A DNA stretch of 64,000 bases from Litorimonas sp. (lineage in GTDB: Bacteria > Pseudomonadota > Alphaproteobacteria > Caulobacterales > Maricaulaceae), in NCBI GenBank assembly GCA_039975855.1, contig JBDWGH010000001.1, positions 31 through 64,030 of the forward strand, in the 5' to 3' direction. Position numbers and translations under genes: made by a program. Numbering within the stretch: position 1 is the first letter of the stretch; every line of letters starts with the position of its first letter. Below the pieces are notes generated by a model. That model was not told where the DNA came from, did not search any database, and saw nothing but the letters and a program-made list of their open reading frames with translations. This document shows positions 32,467 to 40,485 of this stretch, piece after piece.

Positions 32467-35400
32467 ATGGGACTGACATCACCGAAATTTAGAGGACGCC
32501 TAACAGCTTCCGCAAGCTTACTAGCAATGTCGTTTGCTGGACTTTCGACAACAGCGACAGCGCAGGATGCAGCCGCAGATGACGTCATCGTCATTACAGG
32601 TTCGCGGATTCCTCAAGATCCGAACTTACTCTCTTCCATTCCTGTTCAATCTCTTGACAGTGAAGCTATCAAACTCTCTGGCGAAATTAGCTTGGCAGAA
32701 ATTGTCAATGATATTCCGGCGCTTGTCTCTTCTACATCCGTTGAAAATTCCGTTTCCGGCGGAAGTTCTCTGAACCTTCGCGGTTTGGGTGCAGCGCGTA
32801 CGTTGACGCTTGTAAATGGACGCCGCCATGTCGCAGGTTTCCGAGGAACATCTTCCGTTGATGTGGGTTCCATACCTCGTGCCCTTGTTGAGCGAGCGGA
32901 AGTCACAACTGGTGGCGCGTCTGCCATCTATGGTGCAGACGCTGTTACAGGTGTTGTCAACTTTATCCTAAAAGATGACTTCGAAGGGTTCGAAGCTGAC
33001 GTTAGAGGTGGTATCTCCACACATGGCGATGCCGAAAACTTCGTAATTGATGCAACTTACGGCAAGAATTTCGACAATGATCGAGGTAACTTTGTTATTA
33101 GCGCAAGTTATGTCGAAGATACGTCATTGACGAATGCCGATCGATCTTTTTCACGCAACAACAATATTGCTGTCGACCTGGCCAACCCCGCACTTCGATT
33201 GCAAGCGGGCGACCTTGGGTCCGATACGCCTAACTTTAACGACTTGACGATCGGGTCAACTCTTCTGGGCATAGACACGACAGGCCTGACGCTTACTGCG
33301 ACGGAACAAGCTTTAATCGCTCGTGCATCAGGTGCACCTGCGCGGATCATTGCACGAGACCCGCGCGTCTGGTTGTCATCTCAAACAGGTTCTATTGCAC
33401 CCGGATTTGGCGGGCGCGGCACGACCTATGTTGATTTGAACAATAACGGCATCGCCGATTGTCAGGAATCTCGTGGTGGACAAATCGGTTTTCTCGCGGG
33501 TTGTTGGATCACAAACTCAGACGGCTCGGTCAGTGTCTTCGAAGAGTCTCTTATCGGCGACTCCAGCTTCCGTGGCGTAGGGAATCCTGATGGCAGCGGT
33601 AGCGGTGGTTTGTTTAACTTTAATAGAGACACGCTCTATCCGGAAACAGACTCGTTCTCTATCAATGTGAATTCCAATTATGAATTGGCGCCAGGCCTTA
33701 CAGCCTTTGTTGAGGCCAAATATGTTACCGCCGAATCTCGCACGTTTGGGGAGCAAGATTCATTCTATGACACCTTATTCATCGCAGCAGACAACCCCTT
33801 TATCCCTGATGAGCTTCAACCTGTTGTCGCGCAAACAGGTGGATTGCTGCTCACGCAAGACCCGATTGATTTATTGGACAACAACCCAACAATTACCGAA
33901 CGCGAGACGTTCCGCATTGTCGGTGGACTGAAGTGGGAAACCGATAGCGGGCATAAATTTGAGGTTTCCGCCAACCATGGTGAGTTTAAGAATACACAAG
34001 ACTCTTCAACTGTATTCCTCGATCGCCAGTTTGCTGCGACCGATGCTGTTAGAGCGCCTGACGGAAGTATTGTCTGCCGATCTGACTTAGATCCGAACGC
34101 ATTCTATGAAATCGACTATTTTACGGCTGGGAACGGCTTTGCTGATGGCGGTTTTGCATCAAACCGGTACTATTCCTTCACTCCTGGTGATGGCCAGTGT
34201 CAGCCATTGAACCCCTTCGGCGATAATTCGGTCAGTGAGGCTGCACAAGACTTCTTGAGTGCGGATTTAACGGATGAAATCAAACTAACTCAAACTGTTA
34301 TTTCGGGCACAGCCGCAGGTAATATTGACGTACTTTCTAGCCTTCTTGACGGACCAATTGGTTACGCTATCGGTGCTGAATATCGAAATGAGACGAGTGA
34401 AGATACGAAAGATCCGCTCCGCTTGGGTGTGCTGCCACAAGGCACGTCTTTTACGCCCGGCGTATTGTCTAACACGATCGATCCATTCCTAAACTCATTT
34501 ATCAGCATCGATAATGATCAACAGTTCAATACAAGCGGTAGTTATGATGTTCGGGAAGTTTACGGTGAGGTTCGCATTCCAATCTTTAGGGATGCACCTC
34601 TCGCCAAAGAACTTACAGTTGATGCTGCTGTTAGATACGCGGACTACAGCACAGTAGGAGGTCAAACGACTTGGAAGGTTGGTTCAACTTGGGCGCCCAT
34701 CAATGACCTTAGTTTGCGAGGTACTATCTCGAGAGCCGTTCGTGCGCCGAATGTCGCTGAGCTCTTTGATCCTGAACTTCCAATCCAAATTGGCTCTGAT
34801 CAAGATCCATGTAACTTAGAAAATGTAACGCTTGGAACCGCTAATCGCGAAGCAAACTGTGTGGCCGGACTTCTGGCCGCGGGTGTTCCAGTTGCAGATG
34901 TTCAGGATGCAGCAGGTAACTATATCTGGGAAAATCCTCTGACTGGTCGCTTTACAGGGACGTCTGGTGGTAACCCAAATCTTGATGTAGAAACTGCTGA
35001 CACATTCACCATTGGCGCAGTCATTCGTCCTTCCTTCTTACAGGGTTTCTCACTGACTGTGGATTATTGGGATATCGAAATTGAAAATGCCATTTCCGCA
35101 GTTGCTGCAGGAGACATTTTAGAGGGGTGTCATGACTCTGCCGATTTCCCGAATGTACCATTCTGTGGAGCATTTGAACGTCGATCGGATGGAGGTTTGT
35201 CTGATCTAAGCAGTGGCCAAATCAACTTCGCCCGCCTTGAAGCAAGTGGTGTTGATTTCGCGGCGAATTACACATTTGATTTAGGCGAAAATTCGTTTGG
35301 TGCAAATCTTGTTGGATCATACCAAGAGAAACTGGATCGGTTCTTTAATCCGCTTGATCTGACTGAAGTTGATCCAGAATTGCAAGAGGTTCAACGTCCA

Positions 35401-35709
35401 GAGCTTTCAGGCAACCTTCTTCTATCTTGGGATCGAGGGCCAATTGGCGTTGGTTTCCAAACTAGCTATCAGAGCAAGCAATCGGTTGACGAAATTGAAG
35501 ATGTATTAGCTGGACAGTTTGGTGATGCAGGCTTCTTTGATGAGACCTTCATTTTTGACGTAAACGCATCCTATGAGATGAATGATCAATTCACCGTTTA
35601 TGGAGGCGTGAACAATATCGCCGATAAAGATCCATTCTCAACACAAACAGCTTGGCCGGTTGGACCGCGTGGACGCTTTGTCTTCCTAGGTGTGAATTAC
35701 AAAATGTAA
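32467..35709 (+). CDS. TonB-dependent outer-membrane receptor
   Basis: Signal peptide ...LSTTATAQDA, TonB box/plug DDVIVITGSRIPQ...NLRGLGAARTLTLVNGRR, and a long beta-barrel. The ATG at 32467 with a GAGGGA SD is preferred to the track start at 32404. Confidence 0.92.
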   Translation: MGLTSPKFRGRLTASASLLAMSFAGLSTTATAQDAAADDVIVITGSRIPQDPNLLSSIPVQSLDSEAIKLSGEISLAEIVNDIPALVSSTSVENSVSGGSSLNLRGLGAARTLTLVNGRRHVAGFRGTSSVDVGSIPRALVERAEVTTGGASAIYGADAVTGVVNFILKDDFEGFEADVRGGISTHGDAENFVIDATYGKNFDNDRGNFVISASYVEDTSLTNADRSFSRNNNIAVDLANPALRLQAGDLGSDTPNFNDLTIGSTLLGIDTTGLTLTATEQALIARASGAPARIIARDPRVWLSSQTGSIAPGFGGRGTTYVDLNNNGIADCQESRGGQIGFLAGCWITNSDGSVSVFEESLIGDSSFRGVGNPDGSGSGGLFNFNRDTLYPETDSFSINVNSNYELAPGLTAFVEAKYVTAESRTFGEQDSFYDTLFIAADNPFIPDELQPVVAQTGGLLLTQDPIDLLDNNPTITERETFRIVGGLKWETDSGHKFEVSANHGEFKNTQDSSTVFLDRQFAATDAVRAPDGSIVCRSDLDPNAFYEIDYFTAGNGFADGGFASNRYYSFTPGDGQCQPLNPFGDNSVSEAAQDFLSADLTDEIKLTQTVISGTAAGNIDVLSSLLDGPIGYAIGAEYRNETSEDTKDPLRLGVLPQGTSFTPGVLSNTIDPFLNSFISIDNDQQFNTSGSYDVREVYGEVRIPIFRDAPLAKELTVDAAVRYADYSTVGGQTTWKVGSTWAPINDLSLRGTISRAVRAPNVAELFDPELPIQIGSDQDPCNLENVTLGTANREANCVAGLLAAGVPVADVQDAAGNYIWENPLTGRFTGTSGGNPNLDVETADTFTIGAVIRPSFLQGFSLTVDYWDIEIENAISAVAAGDILEGCHDSADFPNVPFCGAFERRSDGGLSDLSSGQINFARLEASGVDFAANYTFDLGENSFGANLVGSYQEKLDRFFNPLDLTEVDPELQEVQRPELSGNLLLSWDRGPIGVGFQTSYQSKQSVDEIEDVLAGQFGDAGFFDETFIFDVNASYEMNDQFTVYGGVNNIADKDPFSTQTAWPVGPRGRFVFLGVNYKM

Positions 35710-35738
35710 AAGCCGCCGAGGGATCTGCTACAATACGG

Positions 35739-35765
35739 ACGGAGGCTTCGGCCTCCGTTTTTTTA
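35739..35765 (+). terminator. Intrinsic terminator after the TonB-dependent receptor
   Basis: ACGGAGGC-TTCG-GCCTCCGT followed by a T7 run. Confidence 0.85.
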
Positions 35766-35804
35766 TGCCTTTATGATGTTCGATAGAGCGATTAAGCCAA
35801 CTCT

Positions 35805-37592
35805 ATGAACGATGTACAGACTTACCAAAAGCTAATGTCTAAAGGCAAAGCGTTCCTAAAGAACGATGATTATTCTGCCGCAAAACTGTCTTTGGAGGCG
35901 GCTTTAGGTTTGGTGCCAGATAGCTACGAAGGCTGGTTAGATCTGTCGACTAGTTTGTACCACCTCAAATCTTTTTCTGACGCAATTAAGGCTTGCGAAC
36001 GCGCGGAAAAGTTCGATCCACTTAAGAAAGAGTTCCAACAGATTCAACAGGCTATGCATTCGCGCCAATTCGCGACGGCCCAATCCATAGCTAGGGATAT
36101 GCTCAAGAAACACCCAGGGCACCCACGAGCAGTGTTTACATTGTCTCATCTTTTACAAATGCGTAACGCTTTTGAAGATCAAGTTGCGATCTTAAAGTTA
36201 GGGTTAGAACATTCACCAGCAAATGTTCACTTGAGGAAAACCCTGATCGCCGCCTATCAAGACATGGGCGATGTAGAAGAAGCTATAAAATCCGCTACCG
36301 ATCTATTTGATTTGGAGAGTGGTTTTTCGAATGCTTGGTCACGCATCGGATTGTTTATTCGCTATGGTTTCAATGAAAGCGCTCTGAATGCCTGTCAGGC
36401 TGCGAGGCCGTTATGTGGAGATAATAAGGCTCTAATCAGCGAATTAGACTTACTCCAGGGTCACGCACTAAAAACCTTGGGTCGAAGGGAAGAGGCTATC
36501 GCTTCCTACCGCGCATGTATTGTCAATAAGCCGAAAAGCGGTGCTCCATGGTGGGCTTTAGCTGATCTCAAAACCTATGAGTTCTCTTCTTCAGAGATAC
36601 AAAGTTTGGAATCGCTAATTCAATCCAAATCTCTAAGCCCTGAACATCAGTGCCAAGCCTTATTTGCCTTAGCAAAAGCCCATGAAATGAAATCCGGATT
36701 AACGGAGGCCATGCCTCATTACGAACGAGCGAATGCTGCCTATCCATATTTTCGATTTGACGCCGTGAGGTTTAGAAATGGAGCCAAACTCCTAGTGAAT
36801 TCATTCAATAAATCCGCGGTCTTCAAACAAGCAAAGCCAATCCCGAATGGACCTAGGCCAATTTTCATTGTCGGATTGCCAAGATCCGGTTCAACCCTTT
36901 TAGAGCAAATTCTCGCAAGTCACTCTCGGATCGAAGGCACAATGGAATTGCCTGTTTTACCGAACATCAAACGCAAAATGCATTTGACCGCGCTCAATAA
37001 ATTTTCGAAGTCGTTTTTACAAAATCTCGACCTTTTCTCAGAAAAGGATCTAAGTCATTTCGGACAGGATTACTTAAATGAGAGTGCTGTTTTCAGATCA
37101 GAGAATGCGCCGTTCTTTATAGACAAACTCCCCCATAATTTTGAACATATTGGGCTCATACATAAGATTCTTCCTAACGCCGTAATATTGGATATCAGGC
37201 GCCATCCGATGGATTGTGGATTGAGCTTGTTTAAGCAATTTTTCGCACGTGGGGTGGAGTTTAGTTACAAATTGCAAGACATTGGAGCTTATTATTCTAG
37301 CTATCAAAACATCATGTCCCATTGGGATGAAGTTTTACCGAACCGTGTTTTGCACATTCAGTATGAAGAACTTGTTCAAAACTTGGAACCGCAATTACGT
37401 ATTATCTTAAAACATATAGGTGTGGACTTTGAGACAGCCTGTCTTGAATTCTACAAGTCCAAGCGAGCCGTTCGTACAGCCAGTAGTGAACAAGTTAGAA
37501 TGCCAATTTTCACTTCCGCTATTGGAGTTTGGAAGGAGGTTGAAGAAAATCTATCGCCATTGAAAACGGCATTAAATCATGGTGTGAACTGA
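35805..37592 (+). CDS. TPR-repeat-containing sulfotransferase-family protein
   Basis: The N-terminal ~330 aa are TPR-like helical repeats. The C-terminal domain has the PAPS 5'-phosphosulfate motif GLPRSGSTLLEQIL and DIRRHPMDCGLS. There is no signal peptide. Confidence 0.85.
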   Translation: MNDVQTYQKLMSKGKAFLKNDDYSAAKLSLEAALGLVPDSYEGWLDLSTSLYHLKSFSDAIKACERAEKFDPLKKEFQQIQQAMHSRQFATAQSIARDMLKKHPGHPRAVFTLSHLLQMRNAFEDQVAILKLGLEHSPANVHLRKTLIAAYQDMGDVEEAIKSATDLFDLESGFSNAWSRIGLFIRYGFNESALNACQAARPLCGDNKALISELDLLQGHALKTLGRREEAIASYRACIVNKPKSGAPWWALADLKTYEFSSSEIQSLESLIQSKSLSPEHQCQALFALAKAHEMKSGLTEAMPHYERANAAYPYFRFDAVRFRNGAKLLVNSFNKSAVFKQAKPIPNGPRPIFIVGLPRSGSTLLEQILASHSRIEGTMELPVLPNIKRKMHLTALNKFSKSFLQNLDLFSEKDLSHFGQDYLNESAVFRSENAPFFIDKLPHNFEHIGLIHKILPNAVILDIRRHPMDCGLSLFKQFFARGVEFSYKLQDIGAYYSSYQNIMSHWDEVLPNRVLHIQYEELVQNLEPQLRIILKHIGVDFETACLEFYKSKRAVRTASSEQVRMPIFTSAIGVWKEVEENLSPLKTALNHGVN

Positions 37593-37742
37593 TGTCAGAT
37601 CTGAGGGTGGTTGTAGTCAAAGCGTGAATTTTGTTTGCCTTTTACAGATACACAGTTGCAAATAGAATTTGTATGATAAGCGGCTAGTAAGGTTTTTAAA
37701 TTGCTGTAATTGGTAATTTGTCGAGCGGAAACTAGCTTAATG

Positions 37743-37763
37743 CCCCCGCACCATTTTTCTTTC
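37743..37763 (+). repeat. att-like copy of the tRNA-Leu 3' end
   Basis: CCCCCGCACCATTTTTCTTTC against CACCCGCACCACTTTTCTCTC (27297-27317): 18/21 identical with a 9-nt exact core CCCGCACCA. Confidence 0.5.
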
Positions 37764-37768
37764 TGAAG

Positions 37769-38950
37769 TTAAACCGACAGGACATCCCAACAGGCCCCCA
37801 TTGTATGGTAGCCTGTTTTTCCGTGTGGTGATTTTTTGTTGTCTATGGCTGACCCGTCACGATTGCGAACGCGAAACCATTCGCCATACGTATGGTCAAT
37901 CATATGATCCCAACTCCATCGCCAAATTCGCCGATAGTCCATTAAGTATTTTTCTTGACCCGTTGCCTTGTACAGCCTCCAGGCAGCTGCAAAACCTTCT
38001 GCTTGAACCCAGAAGTATTTTTCAGTCGCGCAATAGCTGGCATCGGGCGCGACGCCATAGACGATGCCGCCGAATTCATTATCCCAACCTGATCTTATAG
38101 CATTTTCATATAGGTTTTGCGCTTTAATGACCCATTTTTCATTTGGCCTTTCACCGTTCAATATCATGAGTAGCTTACTCCACTCTAATTGATGACCGGG
38201 CTGAAAGCCCCACGGTTTGTATCGGTCATTGGGCTTATCGATATTATACTCCATATCAACGTTCCAATTGGCGTCATAATGCTCCCAGATTTGTCCCTCT
38301 GACTGAGCGGCTAGGTCGACTGTAAATTTCTGCGCTAGCTGTTCAGCGCGATCTATAAAGCGAATATCTTCTGTTGCCTGCCAAGCAGCCAGTAAAGCTT
38401 CGCACATATGCATATTCGCGTTCTGTCCGCGGTAAGGGGACAGATTATCTAGAGTTTGATTGCGCTCATCAAAATATGCACCGCCTGAGGCGTCCCAAAA
38501 ATGGGTTTCCATAAAGTCGAAGGTCTCGTTTAACGTTTGGTGCGCTGAAGGGACTCCGACGCGAAGACACGCTGCGGCCGCCAAAATAACGAAAGCATGG
38601 CCATAGGCCATGACGCGAGTATCCGTGACAATGTCTTTTTCGATCAGCCAAGCATAATGACCATTGGGTTGTTTGTGGGCCGTGTTGAGAAAATTTAACC
38701 CCCATTTCGCCCATTCCAGATGCTTTGGATTGCCGTATAGGCGGTAGGCGGTCGCGTAGTTAAACACATATCTAGCGGATCCAACTAACTGACGACTGTC
38801 GGGGTCGAAGCACTCTCCATTGTCGAGGAAGCAGCCGTAGAAACCGCCGTCTTGGCAGAACACTCGTGGATCATAAAATGCAAGTGAGGACGCGATATGC
38901 TTCTCTAAGAAGTCCGGCCGTTCAAAAATAGAGTCGTCCAGCATGTTCAT
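37769..38950 (-). CDS. AGE-family (N-acylglucosamine 2-epimerase / aldose-ketose isomerase fold) protein
   Basis: 393 aa. (alpha/alpha)6-barrel family motifs RGQNANMHMCEALLAAW and GFQPGHQLEWSKLL. Confidence 0.8.
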   Translation of the reverse strand: MNMLDDSIFERPDFLEKHIASSLAFYDPRVFCQDGGFYGCFLDNGECFDPDSRQLVGSARYVFNYATAYRLYGNPKHLEWAKWGLNFLNTAHKQPNGHYAWLIEKDIVTDTRVMAYGHAFVILAAAACLRVGVPSAHQTLNETFDFMETHFWDASGGAYFDERNQTLDNLSPYRGQNANMHMCEALLAAWQATEDIRFIDRAEQLAQKFTVDLAAQSEGQIWEHYDANWNVDMEYNIDKPNDRYKPWGFQPGHQLEWSKLLMILNGERPNEKWVIKAQNLYENAIRSGWDNEFGGIVYGVAPDASYCATEKYFWVQAEGFAAAWRLYKATGQEKYLMDYRRIWRWSWDHMIDHTYGEWFRVRNRDGSAIDNKKSPHGKTGYHTMGACWDVLSV

Positions 38951-38970
38951 GGGTGGTCTCCCCCTGATTG

Positions 38971-40278
38971 TCAGGCTTTGGCTTGCATGAGTTCGGCGAA
39001 ACGGGCTTCTACGCCTGTGAAACCCATATACGCAATCACGAGAGAGAAGAGTAATATTAGGACGAGGATAAGATTTGAGATCAATCCATTTTTATATGCG
39101 CCCATCAATTTTGTCTGATTAGTGAGGTAGAAAATGCAGAGAACTGTTGCCGGAAGAATGATAGCACCAAAAGCCTGGGAAACGAGCATAACCAATACGG
39201 GTCTGGCACCTAGTAATGGCACAACTAACCCAAGCAGTGAAATAAAGAACACCATGATGCGATAACGCGAAAGCGTCATATCCCGGCTTGTGCCTCTATA
39301 ATCGCAGATCAACCAAGGTAGCATCAAAACATTTGGGAATTGGGAAGATACGCCAGCAGAGATAATTCCAATCGCAAAAATAGATGTCGCCAATGGCCCC
39401 GCCAGCGGTTCAAGAAGGCTAATCATCTGGGAAGCTTCTGTGAGCTTTATGCCTGCGACATGTAACGTTCCGGCGGCGGCGGCCATGATAGCGGCGCTTA
39501 TCACGAACATTAAGCTGACGGAGACAAGCGCGTCATTGCGCTGGGTTTTCTCATCGTCCAGTGTCCAACCAGCTTCTTTTACGAGCGTTGTGCGGATGAT
39601 GAATAGTCCCGAGAAAACGGTCGTGCCAACCATTGAAGCGATCACGAGTAAAGATCCTTTTTTAGCTGTGGGGTCCACCTCAGGTATTGCTGGAATGAGG
39701 CCTTTGAGAATATCCAGGGGAGGCGGCATCATGATAAAGAAATTTATCAAAAAACAGGCCGACATGATCGCGACGATAACGGCGAGGCTGCGCTCAAAAA
39801 ACTGCGTCTTTCCATTCCAAAAGATAAAAAAGACCAACGCAGAGAAAGTGGCGGCGAACCATATTGGCGCGATGCCGCCATCAATCATTGTCTTGGACCA
39901 TTCAAAACAAATATCAGCGACGATCCCCATAACACCCATGACGCTGCCAGCGACGCCCAACGTCAAAGCGACGATGAAATAAACACCAACCAAAGGATGA
40001 ATGTGTTTTTTGAAGGCCTGAAGGGCCGTCTCTCCGGTCACTAATGTATAGCGGCCGTAAAGGTTGATCATGAAATAAGTACAGAGGCAGGACGCAACGA
40101 GTGCCCAAAGAAGCGTCATCCCGTAATCTGCGCCGGCTTTGGCCATGGCCGTCACGCTTCCGGTGCCAAGATTGAACCCCAGAAGGAAAATTCCAGGAAG
40201 GAAAAGAGCCAAGGTACGGGCAAATTTTTGACGGGATCCTAATGCGTGAATTTCGTCTTCATTACTGACCTTGTTCAT
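38971..40278 (-). CDS. Nramp-fold (MntH-like) transporter lacking the canonical metal-binding residues
   Basis: TM1-2 region LPGIFLLGFNLGTGSVTAMAKAGADYGMTLLW aligns to Nramp GPGFLVAVAYIDPGNFAT..AGA.FGY.LLW, and ...RYTLVTGETALQA aligns to the RLGIVTG motif. DPGN is replaced by GTGS, and the TM6 motif A-T-V-M-P-H by T-T-V-F-S-G. ATG at 40278 with a GGGGAA SD. Confidence 0.75.
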   Translation of the reverse strand: MNKVSNEDEIHALGSRQKFARTLALFLPGIFLLGFNLGTGSVTAMAKAGADYGMTLLWALVASCLCTYFMINLYGRYTLVTGETALQAFKKHIHPLVGVYFIVALTLGVAGSVMGVMGIVADICFEWSKTMIDGGIAPIWFAATFSALVFFIFWNGKTQFFERSLAVIVAIMSACFLINFFIMMPPPLDILKGLIPAIPEVDPTAKKGSLLVIASMVGTTVFSGLFIIRTTLVKEAGWTLDDEKTQRNDALVSVSLMFVISAAIMAAAAGTLHVAGIKLTEASQMISLLEPLAGPLATSIFAIGIISAGVSSQFPNVLMLPWLICDYRGTSRDMTLSRYRIMVFFISLLGLVVPLLGARPVLVMLVSQAFGAIILPATVLCIFYLTNQTKLMGAYKNGLISNLILVLILLFSLVIAYMGFTGVEARFAELMQAKA

Positions 40279-40485
40279 AATGTTTCCCCAATTTATTCGC
40301 ACAATTGAATGAGGTTTTCTCCAGAACTCGACCCATTGTGACTTTGTTCGACGCTAGAGCGTGCACAAGTATATGTCTATGCCAATTGTGCATGCCATTT
40401 TTATGGACCAGTTAGAGCGTGACATTAGCTAGGTCGTAATTTACCCTGAACAGGTCTTCTATAATCCGGATGTGCCAATACGAAT

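Larger units (their letters stand above)
27297..37763. mobile_element. Decayed integrative island at tRNA-Leu (about 10.5 kb)
   Basis: Bounded by the tRNA 3' end (27297-27317) and an 18/21 same-strand copy at 37743-37763. An integrase N-terminal relic with two in-frame stops lies next to the tRNA. The right half (sulfotransferase region and spacer) is AT-richer. Confidence 0.45.
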
